64,000 nt of DNA, taken from contig NC_042997.1 of NCBI RefSeq assembly GCF_006345805.1, forward strand, positions 198,648,001 through 198,712,000, given 5' to 3'. This DNA comes from Octopus sinensis. Taxonomy: Eukaryota. Below, piece by piece: positions 13,536-25,400 of this stretch (positions within the stretch are counted from its first letter, which is position 1; the number at the start of each line of letters is the position of its first letter). The position numbers and the translations under genes were made by a program. The notes beneath the pieces were generated by a model. The model was given only the letters and a program-made list of their open reading frames with translations, was not told where the DNA came from and did no database searches.

Positions 13536-13844
13536 CTGAACAGTAACATGCATAGATACAATACACACAAATGCACACACACACAACACACATTGGAGAA
13601 CCACTCTAAAAGTATATTTCACCATATTTCAATCAACATATTTTGCTGATGAAATTGCAGTAAGTGTTTCTTTGCAATAAAACTCGATAAGCAGGTAGTG
13701 AATACATACAAAGAGAAGTGATAAATTATCTGCACTTTCACCAAAAGTTTCTTTAGGTTGGTCACACTGCTTTCAGCGCTCGTAAAGGGTGTTTCTCTAG
13801 TGGTTACGTAACCGAATTAAGCCTCTGCACTTGCTGTGTGCATC

Positions 13845-14900
13845 AAGGAAGAATAGGGGTCAGTGATCCGATTTCTTTTGTCTGATGATGTGTCAGGGGC
13901 AAATATTCATCGCAAGATTTCAGTACAATATGAGGACAGCGCTCTACTATGTAGAAGGGTGTATGGAGTGGATCGAGAAGTTTTAAAATAACCGGAGAAA
14001 TCAAGCGTAAAGCACAAACAGGTAGCAGGTTACCCACCAGCTTTCACCACTGATATGAAGATACAACAAGCAAGAGAGATGGTTCGGGTGAACCGATAAG
14101 AAACCATAGATATGCAAGTTAGTTATGGTTCTGCATACGAAATCATCCACGTTAAGTTCCGCTTCCATAAAGTCTGTGCGAGATGGGTGACGAGAGAGCT
14201 TATCAAAACACATTAGCCAATCTTTTGGAGATTTGTCAACCGCCACAATGATGAAGACACAGAGGGTTTAGAGAGAATAGTCACAGGGGATGAGACTTTA
14301 GTCCATTACTTTGAGCTCGAGTCCAAAAGGCAGAATATGGAGGGGAAACACCCGGAATTGCCAGCAAAAAAAGAAATCTGAGACACAACTTTTCAATGAA
14401 AAATACTAATCGTTTTGGGGGTCGCAAAAAGGGCCTTAACTGAAACATTATCTGGAAAAGGAGTCTACAACCACCAGAGGAGGCTATAAGAAATTCTGGT
14501 ATATGTTGTAGTGGTTAAGAGTGCGGGCTACTAACCGCAAGATACCAAGTTTTATTCCAAGCAGTGACCTGGGCTATTCTAAACGGCGGTGCATCAGCAT
14601 GACCGCAGCTCTGAGCTGAAACTAAAAAAAAAAAAAAAAAAAAAAAAAACTGAGACCAGCAATTCGCACGAAAGGCCGAGGTTTATTGTTAAAGCAGGCG
14701 TTATTGTTGCACTACAATGCACCCTAACATACGACTGCCTATACCACTGAAAACATTAAGAAATCAGGTTTTGGGTTGCTAGAACACCCTCCATAGAGCC
14801 CAAATCTCACCCCTTCCGACTTTCGCCTCCGACTTCAACCAACTTTACGATATTTGTACGGGCGAAGAAGCGCAGGAAGCTCTAAACATACAGGAGGAGC
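13845..14900 (+). mobile_element. Decayed mariner transposase pseudogene, interrupted by a short retroposon
   Basis: VIRFL, KVCARWVTREL (WVPREL-like), RIVTGDET, LLHYNAP, HPP*SPNLTPSDF (YSPDLAPSDF-like). Confidence 0.85.
14500..14650 (+). mobile_element. Mini-SINE: tRNA-like head + RTE-type tail + poly(A)
   Basis: GTAGTGGTTAAGAGTGCGGGCTACTAACC head; GGCGGTGCATCAGCATGACCGCAG...GCTGAAAC tail; about 30 A. Confidence 0.6.
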
Positions 14901-16210
14901 TAATGTTGTTCGATATGTGATTTCTTTTGAAAAAGAATGTAGAATTTATTTAACACTTGTGCATTGAAAGTTGCCATTTTAAAGTAAAGTACTTTAACTC
15001 TCAAACACATGTCGAAATGAAACGTGCTTTTGTAATCATCATTTGCAAACCAGCAGAAATTATTAATTAAGTCTATTCAAATTCTGAGGGGACAGTAGAA
15101 ATAAGGAAAAAAAAACCTAGAGTGTGTATATGTTAAAAATTCGATTTTATCTGGATATCAAAATCCCATCTCTATTTGCATTATCTGCATTCTTTTCAAG
15201 AATATTTAAATTTTGAAATTACAATAAAAGAATTAAATGGCAAGATACTGCTGGTCCATACATCGTGTTCTAAATGGAGAAACCATTCATATAAATATTG
15301 ATTGTGCTTCATAAAAAAGAAATTATTTATATTCGCTGTTTTACGATGTGAACAAAATCCTTGCTATTCTTAGTTAGACATTGTATGTGTGTGTATACAT
15401 ACATACATGTATATTTGTGTATATATATATATATATCAGAAATAAGTATTGGGAATACAGACTGCAGTAGAAATATAATTATACTACCTGGCATGGTATT
15501 AGTTAGCATATGCACGAAGCACGCTTTCACACACCCATAGCAGATATACCTATACGTATACGTAATTATGCATATGCTGTGCAGTTTTCTGCAATACACA
15601 AGTGGATAATGCATACTAGAGGGTACAAATTAATTATCAATGGAAGGTAATTAATGAATGAATGATTAATAACGCGCGTGTACTTCACATCAAGAAACTG
15701 TACATGTCTATGTATAAACACCTGAATTCTCGGTTAGTCATACATCGCTGTTTCATCTACCGACAAGTGATCATCCTCATGCACATTGACATATATACAC
15801 TCGGTTCAAATTTACCCACTCGTGAAATCAACCCCAACCAACTTATACATTTCTACCATTTGCCTATAAAGGTACATATGTGTACGCACATTATATTAGT
15901 GTATGGGTACGTATGTGTGTGTATGTAGTTCGAAAATTTCAAAACAGTATACAATAATGCTGAGGCAAGTGAAGAGAACAAACAGAGAGTATTAGTTTGA
16001 CGCTCAAGAAAAAGGGGAAAGGACTTTGACGTTTCAAGCCTACGCTCTACTACAAAAAGGAATGAGGCGAGAAAATATGAAGAGAGAAAAGAAAATGGAG
16101 GAAAAGGGGTGCCTGAATTAGGGATGGATGGATACATACACAAACACACACACACACACACAAAGTATACATATATAACTTATATAACTTACATTGCTTT
16201 CTATCATTAT

Positions 16211-16630
16211 CGGCCCAGGCCATGACTAACAATAGTAATCTACCGCCACGAAAATGAATATATATAACTTTGATTGGTTTAGGGCATTAACGGCCCAGGC
16301 CATGACTAACTCAATAGTATCACCTGGAAGAGTCTTTTAATTAATTATTTCGAGACCACCCAAGGATAGAACTGTTGTTGCCTGAGATGTATTCAGGTGT
16401 AGGTGGTTTATCTGGTATTTCCTAGTCGAATTTTTCCAGGTACCGTTTGAATGTTGAGGAGTCATTATCTAATTTCTTTCGGGATAACACTGAAAAGAGT
16501 AGCAGCATTTGCAGTGAAGAAATTATATCACAATGTTCTTATGTAATCCCGACCTTTTTTAGGGGACGCATTGCACAGGGGCCTAGTCTTGGGTGAATTG
16601 TAAACATAATACTGATATCATTTGAATAAT
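16211..16630 (-). mobile_element. 3' end of the same LINE family as 41075-42660
   Basis: Reverse complement aligns to 42240-42660 including the 3' UTR. Confidence 0.8.
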
Positions 16631-16654
16631 ATGACAAACGAAAAATACACCGCG

Positions 16655-16895
16655 ATAGTTGTTGTTGACAAACAGCGGCAGTAATTTTATTCAGCTGAAT
16701 ACACGTCATTGTTTGGTTGAAATTACCGAAATAGGACTACTTTGACGTGAAGTACTTCGTAAATAAAAGTTTTTCTCAAAAACTCTAAGAGTAAAACATA
16801 TTTTATATGACACATTCTACCAGTGTCCAAAGTTGGAAAGTGTTTAGTTACAAAAAATTATTTTTTTAAATCTGTAGGTCAAAGGTTAAAGATCC
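16655..16895 (-). mobile_element. Partial copy of the 10604 MITE
   Basis: One TIR ending GATCC at 16895; internal ATTCAGCTGAAT block shared. Confidence 0.75.
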
Positions 16896-17410
16896 AATCA
16901 GTGATATCCCTCCTACACGCGACTCTTCTCAGATCACCACTTAGTGTTCACAAACGCTTAACCTTTATGATGCGCTAAAGTATAAAATCATATTGTAAGA
17001 CAGCAGTTACTGGTTTTATTTCAAATTAAATAATTACACTCCTGCCACTAAAATTTATAATTCAGACAGAAGCCAGCAGCGTTTGTCTTCTGACTATTCA
17101 CATTTTGTATACATCAGAATATTTCTCTGTTGAAGACAGAGAAAAAGAGAGAGAGAGAGAGGAGGGGGTAAAGATTTAAGAGATATGAGAAAGAATGCGA
17201 AAAGTCAGGAAACGGAGATGATAAGCTGAAATCTCTTCAATATTGCTTAAATGTCAATCTATTGTATTAAGGGAGGTAGTGAAAATATTTAAACACTTTG
17301 TAAATAAAATGTATCTGGGACAGCGATGGTCTGAAGGCTTCTGTTTTAAATTTTCCTCTGTTGGAAAGAGATCTCTCGGCACTTTTACAAGGTTCATTCA
17401 TATATACGTA

Positions 17411-17770
17411 TAGACGCAGGAGTGGCTGTGTGGTAAGAAGCTTGCTTCCCAACCACATGGCCCCGGGTTCAGCCCACTGGATAGAACCTTGGGTAAATGC
17501 CTTCTACTATAGCCTCGGGCCGACCAAAGCAATTGGAAACCGAAAGAAGCCTGTCGTATGTGAGTGTCTGCATGTCTTTGTGTCAGTTACCACCACTGCT
17601 TGAAAGCCGGTGTTGGTGTGTTTATATCCCCGTAACTTTACTGGTTGGGCCAAAGAGACCAATAGAATAAGTACCAGGCTTTAAAAAAGTAAGCCCTGGG
17701 GTCGATTTGTTCGACTAGAAAGGCGGTGCCCCAGCATGGCCGCAGTCAAATGACTGAAACAAATAAAAGA
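17411..17770 (+). mobile_element. SINE family A (diverged)
   Basis: Similarity to family A. Confidence 0.8.
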
Positions 17771-17772
17771 TA

Positions 17773-17934
17773 TAGGCGTTGGAGTGACTGTGTGGTAAGT
17801 AGCTTGCTTACCAACCACATGGCTCAGGGTTCAGTGCCACTGCGTGGCACCTTGGGCAAGTGTCTTCTACTATAGCCTCGGCCAACCAAAGCCTTGTGAC
17901 TGGATTTGGTAGACGGAAACTGAAAGAGGCCCGT

Positions 17935-17978
<44 letters not shown>

Positions 17979-18560
17979 TATACACACACATATATATACA
18001 CACATATTATATATACACACATATATATATACACACACATATATATATACACACACATATATATATACACACATATATATATACACACACACATATATAT
18101 ACACACACACTATATATATACACACACACACACATATATATTATACACACATATATATACACACATATATATATATACACACACACACATATATATACAT
18201 ACATATATATTACACATATATATATATATATATACACCACACACAATATATATACATATATATATACACATATATATATATATACAACATATATATATTA
18301 CACACACACATATATATACATATATATATACACATATATATATATATACACACACACACACATATATATATATATACATATATATATACACACATATATA
18401 TATATACACACACACATATATATATATTATATACACACCCATATATATACACACACATATATATACAACACACACACACATATATATACAACACACACAC
18501 ACACAATATATATATATAACACACACATATATATATATATACACACACATATATATATAT

Positions 18561-18601
<41 letters not shown>

Positions 18602-18830
18602 ATGTACGTATTTATGTGTGTGTATATGTTTGCGTGTCTGTGTTTGTCCCCCCAACATCGTTTGACAACCGATGCTGGTATGTTTATGTCCCCGTAACTT
18701 AGCAGTTCGGCAAAAAGTGACCGATAGAATAAGTGCTAGGCTTACAAAGAATAAATCCTGGGATCGATTTGCTCGACTGAAGGCGGTGCCCCAGCATGGC
18801 CGCAGTCAATGACTGAAACAAGTCAAAGAT
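17773..18830 (+). mobile_element. SINE family A with internal TA/CA microsatellite expanded to about 670 bp
   Basis: 5' half 17773-17935, 3' half about 18615-18830, tract in between. Confidence 0.9.
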
Positions 18831-19112
18831 ACACACATACATACATACATTCGCTATAAATCTAAAAAGAGTACAGGAAACTAAGGTATGTGAGATAACG
18901 GTGTCTGAGTTTAGAGAATTAAGTAAAACAGGTGGTAATAGAATACAGCAGTGCTCCGCAACCAGTATGTCGTGGCACGCTGGTGTGCCATGAGGCGATG
19001 CAAGGTGTGCCGCAGTGTAATCTGAAAGTCATTTTTTTTTTTACTATACTTTCAGTTATGTTTTTTAATAAAGGTGTGGCGCCGAACTTTGGAGAAGAAT
19101 ATACGTGAATCT

Positions 19113-19343
19113 ATTTCTTTACTACCCACAAGGGGCTAAACATAGAGGGGACAAACAAGGACAGACAAACGGATTAAGTCAATTATATCGACCCCAGTGC
19201 GTAAATGGTACTTATTTAATCGACCCCGAAAGGATGAAAGGCAAAGTCGACCTCGGCAGAATTTGAACTCAGGACGTAGCGGCAGACGAAATACGGCTAC
19301 ACATTTCGCCCGGCATGCTAACGTTTCTGCAAGCTCGCCGCCT
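19113..19343 (-). mobile_element. SINE family B
   Basis: Full length; TSD GAATATACGTG on both sides. Confidence 0.9.
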
Positions 19344-19397
19344 TGAATATACGTGTACCACAAGATAAAAAAGGTTGTGAAGTACTGGTATGTATAT

Positions 19398-19627
19398 TTC
19401 TTTACTACCCACAAGGGGCTAAACATAGAGGGGACAAACAAGGACAGACAAAGGGATTAAGTCGATTACATAGACCCCAGTGCGAAACTGGTACTTTATT
19501 TATCGACCCAGAAAGGATGAAAGACAAAGTCGACCTCGGCAGAATTTGAACTCAGAACGTAATGGCAGACGAAATACGGCTAGCATTTCGCCCGGCGTGC
19601 TAACGTTTCTGTCAGCTCGCCGCCTTA
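19398..19627 (-). mobile_element. SINE family B
   Basis: Full length; TSD AAGTACTGGTAT; independent insertion about 55 bp from the previous copy. Confidence 0.9.
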
Positions 19628-20126
19628 AGTACTGGTATATAGTGTAATACAGATTAAACATACAGACATATACACTCGCGCGCGAACACACACACACACA
19701 CACACATATATATATCATGAAATGAGATGCAGTACGGTTGACAAAGGACTTTACAGAAAAAAAGAGAAAAAAGAATTTAAAAAATCACACACACACACTC
19801 GATTACGCATAACAGCATCTTTTATATACTTCAGAGCTAGCCGAAACGAAATCGTCACGGAAGCAATCGCGAGAAGGACGGATACGCATTTTGCCGTTAT
19901 GTTACGGCTTGTCAGTGCTACATACAGGTGTCACGTTCGAAACGAGGTGGAATCGATAAATCTGAAGTGTACAGGGACAGTCATAATTGGACGTTCGATT
20001 TAAAAGTTTCTGTTTACACTGAAATCTAACATAAGTTGCCTGAAGTACGTTCAAAAGTTTGCAAGTTTGCGGTTTCATGTTAATAAGAAGTGTTTTACAT
20101 TCTGTTGTCATTGTAATATAGTCTAT

Positions 20127-20304
20127 AGGCGTAGGAGTGGATGTGTGGTAAATAGCTTGCTTGCCAACCTCATGGTTCCGTGTTCAGTCCCACTACGTGG
20201 CACCTTGGGCTAGTGTCTTCTACTATAGCATCGGGCCGACCAAAGCCTTGTGGGTGGATTTGGTAGACGGAAACTGAAAGAAGCCCGTCGTATATACGTA
20301 TATG

Positions 20305-20352
<48 letters not shown>

Positions 20353-20530
20353 TCCCCCGCAACATCGTTGACAACCGATGCTGGTGTGTTTACGTAACTT
20401 AGCGGTTCGGCAAAAGAGACCGATAGAATAAGTACTTGGCTTACAAAGAATAAGTCCTGGGGTTGATTTGCTCAACTACAGGCGGTGCTCCAGCATGGCC
20501 ACAGTCAAATGACTGAAACAAGTAAATGAG
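20127..20530 (+). mobile_element. SINE family A
   Basis: Similarity to family A. Confidence 0.9.
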
Positions 20531-21086
20531 TAACTGGTTTGTGAGTTTTCTTTACATGAATTTTTAATGATATATTCATTCATTTTCTAACGAGAACATT
20601 TAGTTATTGCAGTGTATGATACGTATGGTTATTTGACAACAGATATTTTGTATCTATGGAGACACTCTTTATCATTGTACATATATAACAATTCCTTTGT
20701 GTGTGTAATTTTTATTTTTAATGTAAACTGAGATGATGCAAGAGTTAGTTCTAACGGCTGCATTTGTTTACAAGAATTAGGTTACGCTCAGGCCTGAATT
20801 TATGCTACAATTTATAAATGTAAGAATAGAGTTCTCTTCAAGATCTACTTTAAGTCTATCAGCCTTATTATCATACTTTCTTCCTCACGTTTGTCATTTA
20901 GAATGTCACGAATGTTGGCCCGAGTGAAACACGTCTAGTCTTCCTCTGCTCTGGGTTATGTATTACTATGTGGACAGCAAAAGAGAATAACAAGATTTCG
21001 ATGCTGTTTCCGGATGTAGTTTTGTTGTATAATGTTTATAGGGATGATGAGCTAGCGAAATAGTTATCAAATTCACTTATAAAGAA

Positions 21087-21574
21087 CTAGCCCTATGATC
21101 CGGTGTTGCCGGGTCTACTGCTTGATTTTCGTTGCCGGGTCGCAGTAAAAGTTTCTCAAGAGCTAAGTTTCTTATCACACTTCAGCCCGGGCCAGTTTTG
21201 TTGTTTATGAGCTAGTTAGAGACTTTTATGAGAGTAATTAATATTCATTGGACTTTGGTTTTCACACCTGGAACGGCACAATCATGGAAAATTAGTGGGA
21301 CTGTGCACATGCCATTAGTCAGGCAAAAAAGGAGGCAAAAGAAAAAAAGCAAAAAACTCGAATTTGGCCGCAAAATAACTTATGGGCATAAGAAGTCGGT
21401 TTATCGATATTTTTAATGGCTTTCTGGGGTAACCGGGGAAATGAAAAGATCTTCACGACCACCTTCAGATAGTTTTCAAAGCCCATAGAAAATGCGAGCC
21501 TTTTACATGAAAAACTGGATTTGTATAAAGGACACACAGATACACAGACATTTTGCCGTTTATAGAGATAGAGA
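21087..21574 (-). mobile_element. Non-autonomous Helitron
   Basis: Minus strand starts TC, has a subterminal hairpin (GACCCGG...CCGGATC) and ends CTAG; sits in an A|T target. Confidence 0.7.
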
Positions 21575-21995
21575 TCTATAAAACGAAAAAATAAGATATT
21601 TCATGGCGAATGACATAAAATGCATAACGGAGATAAAAGAGATGGAAAATAAAACTAAAGATAAATTAAGGTATGCATAACAAATACTAATACAAAATAA
21701 ATAAAATAACAAAGGTACCATAGGATTTAGTTGCATAAAATATTTGTAAAATATATTAGAAACACAGAAATGTGTAGAATGATAACAATCCACGTGTGGT
21801 ATACCTTATGCTTAGGAGAGGTGCGAGATCTAGTAATCCGTTTCAAAATTTACATATTACAACTATAAGGGAAGAAAATCCTAGTGCCGAAGGGGAATTT
21901 ATGTAATATAAATATTGAAGGAATGATGTAGAACTATAATTTTATATCTATATACCTTCCTATATACTTGTGTACCTTCTACAGACTATAGAGGG

Positions 21996-22033
<38 letters not shown>

Positions 22034-23266
22034 TACATGGCCGAGTCTATTCTATGCATGGACGTGTTGACTAGAATATTATGAGCGGTTATTATGGTGT
22101 GCTTCTTAACACCTTCATAAAAATTCATAGGGTCGAACTTTTCTTCTTGTGTGCCGGCGAATGACGGAGCCCATTTGAGCGCAAGCAACAGTAATTAATT
22201 TATTCAATGTAATTTTTAGCTGACTTGATTAATTTGTTTTCTTCATGCTGTATATTACGTATTTCTTGTAATGCATTCATCATTTTCCGTAATAATGAGC
22301 CGGTTGTCCTTCCAATCTTTACTAATTATAATACTTCGATTCTGAACACTACACAAGAGGGAACGGAACGTTAGTTAGAAACCAACCATAAATAGACAGC
22401 ATTATCCCCAGACTATGTATTTGGTTTGGGATCTTCAGAGTCAAGTTCACTAAACGAGTGCAGATGTTGTTAAACTTCCGCAACAATAAAGACCTGAGGC
22501 CATAGGATATTTTCTCATGACATCAGCAAGAGAAAGGTTGATTTGCTGGATCTATAAACACGACATTTAGAAAGTCAAGGAGATATCAAGTGTATTCAGG
22601 AAGAAAAAAAAATATCAAATCGATTTTAGTACTGATCATCACTGAATGGCTTATGCCTTGACCATATAAAAGATAATGTAGGAGAGACAGCGAAAGAGGG
22701 GGAGGAAGAGAAGTAACTAAGAAAGAGGGTGACTGTCAGATTATAAAGAGGGCAGTGAACATTGAAAATCTACAAGTTCGTCGAGAATCACATCTACATA
22801 CGCATATACACACACATATAATGCAAAATGGATAAAACCACAGATTAACAAACACATCGATTGGACCTCATTTTTTAACCTACGGACCCTGTAACCCCTG
22901 ATACTAACTTATTTGCTCTTAACATATTGGGCTTCTAGATTATTCGTTTAAGTCATATTTTCTTTCCTTCTTTTTGTTTATATTGTATGCTCTTGTTGTC
23001 ACTGATGAAGATTCGATGCCTTATTTCAAATGCCCTATGAAGATGAAGGACTTTATTCTTGCATTTATTTATAGACTACATTTTGGCTGTCCGATCATTA
23101 ACGGCCGTAAGATATGTTACGTCACCTATTTTGTTATGTCATGCTTTGTATTAAAAAGACAAGCTATAAATGTGGTCCGATCGATGTATCTGTTTATCTG
23201 TGGTTTTATCCATTTTCTAATTATTTGCGTTGGTTCCTGATAAACTCTTGTTTATTCTGTTGTTAT

Positions 23267-23311
<45 letters not shown>

Positions 23312-23386
23312 ATACAGGCAACGGATACCGATAGTATATACGAATATTTTATCGCTTAGTCGGTTACTATAACCGCTAACTCTACA

Positions 23387-23424
<38 letters not shown>

Positions 23425-23437
23425 GCACGCACACACG

Positions 23438-23524
<87 letters not shown>

Positions 23525-23805
23525 TAAGTAACGCTATTGTTACTTTTTAATTGTACGTATTTTTTTTTATATCATTGGTAAGAAAATTTCTAGTATATCG
23601 TTAGAAAAAAACTTACCGATACATTTCAGCATAATGTTCGACAAGTAAAGTTGAATGTAAGGCTTACCTGAAAATGACAAAAGAAAGGAATCACGTAACT
23701 AAATAGACGGCAATAGAAAACATCAAACATTTTTAGAAAAGTCATAATAATGTGCGCAATAAAACGCCTGTATAATGTACGATGAAATTTTTGCTGTAGT
23801 AAAGA

Positions 23806-24204
23806 CTAGCAGTATCACCCGGCGTTGCTCGGGTTTGTAATGGAAATAACTATATAAGCATTTTTAGAGATGTAAAGTATAATAGCCATCTCAATATGGC
23901 TAACCACAAGGGGGGGGGGTGTTACTGTAGCTTTTTACGTTCTGAGATTTAATAATACATTTTTAGAGAGTTACTTCCCTTATATAAACCGAGCGAAAAT
24001 GCATTAAAAATACGGAAAAATTATGGTAATTTAAAAAAAACATCGTAGACTCATCGTAGACGCGCGCTAATACCCAGAAGGGCTCGATATGAATCACGAC
24101 TATAAGATACCCGCTTTTGGTTACACTGCACCGCAAAATGTGGGAGTAGTTAGGAATCTAAATCGTAGGAGACAGACACACAACTTCACTTTTATATATA
24201 AAGA
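23806..24204 (-). mobile_element. Non-autonomous Helitron
   Basis: Minus strand TCTTTATATAT... start, CCCGAGCAACGCCGGG hairpin, CTAG end; A|T target, no TSD. Confidence 0.8.
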
Positions 24205-24672
24205 TTAGCAAGTTATGTCTTATAATAATTCTATAGTAGTGACAGTAAAGCAAAAATAAAAGGGGAAAATGAGGATGTCTTTGAACTTCATCTTTATTTC
24301 TACTGGCGAGAGATGAAGCTATGTATGTACTATGATACTAAAATTTAACTTGACGTCATATTATTTTCAATATTCATGGTTTCCTATGGTCTATAAAATC
24401 AGATATAACTCGGAGACAAACTTTGAGATCAGCTGCCTATTATTTTAAGTTTGAAAAGAGCCTGAATAAACCCTTGCGTTCTGAGATCATATCTCACTGT
24501 AAATATTTTTGACTCATATCACTGCAGAGACAATAAAGCAAGTATCAAATAAATAGGTTTCCATCCATCCTAAGATTAAAGATTCTCTGAAAAATTTACG
24601 ACGCTCTACAAGCCTTAAGTATAAAAAGCCTTAAGTATATAACCAAATGGATAATAACAGACGATAATTTTC

Positions 24673-24763
24673 AGCTCACTACAGCTGTTTCTTACACACT
24701 TTTTAATAGAAGAATGAGAACATTACTCCATTGAAAAAAAAACACCGTAATCATCAGATGAAA
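24673..24763 (-). ncRNA. Type I hammerhead ribozyme motif (long stem II)
   Basis: UUCAU-CUGAUGA-UUACG...UGUAA-GAAA-CAGCUG-UA-GUGAG; stem I 5 bp (2 GU), helix III ACAGCUGU, GUA site. Confidence 0.65.
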
Positions 24764-25007
24764 CGTAATCTTACAAATAAACGAATATCTCAAGAATACT
24801 CCAGGGACATGCTTTGGACAAACTCCTAGGCGCTAAATACTTAAAGAGTTAGTTTTCTCTGAGTTCACAACAGGAATATCCTACGTGATACTTACCAACC
24901 ACATCCCGGAATCACAGGTTTATCCAACTCTACCTGCTGTATATCTTTTCGAGTATTTGATTCTCTCTAAATCCTTATTTTGTGTGTGTGTGTGTGTGTA
25001 TATGGCC

Positions 25008-25070
25008 AGATAACTGAAGAGATGGTGTTGTGTATTTCCACTTCGGCATCCGAAACTCAGAGTTTTATCT
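25008..25070 (+). ncRNA. Type I hammerhead ribozyme motif
   Basis: AGAUAA-CUGAAGA-GAUG...CAUCC-GAAA-CUCAGAG-UU-UUAUCU; 6-bp stem I, helix III ACUC-A-GAGU, GUU site after 25064. Confidence 0.75.
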
Positions 25071-25207
25071 TGACTATTGAATAATTGTAATATATTATTT
25101 TATAGATAATTTCCTGTATTTACATAATATTGAGGTCTCTTTCTTTCTTTTGTTATCTTACCGTTTTTACCAATATATATATATATATTTACACACACAC
25201 ACACACA

Positions 25208-25400
25208 CTGTTGTGTTTGGGGAGGGCCATTCTCTTTTAGTGTTTTATAATTTAACACACACACACGGGTAAAATTTCCGGAAATAAGTGGAAATTTTAC
25301 CAGTGCGTGTGTAAAATTATAAGGCCCTAAAAGAGAAAGACTCTCCTCAAACACAACAGAATATGCTTCAATACAAGAACTCACATAAAGAATCTTGCAA
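25208..25400. mobile_element. Foldback repeat family (TGTCTGGGGAGAGTCATT-type arms)
   Basis: Inverted arms 25208-25278 / 25289-25359; related pieces at about 39130, 39695, 51690 and 57701. Confidence 0.7.

Noticed and set aside
17808-18665. Long ORFs rich in Y/I/H/T or C/V/M (also 9589-10011, 13116-13593, 33789-34553, 43771-44599)
   Set aside because: Translations of TA/CA/CATA/TCTA microsatellites, which lack stops; no coding signal
22110-22325. Protein-like minus-strand reading KIGRTTGSLLRKMMNALQEIR...
   Set aside because: Short, terminates after about 40 codons, weak acceptor, no homology recognised
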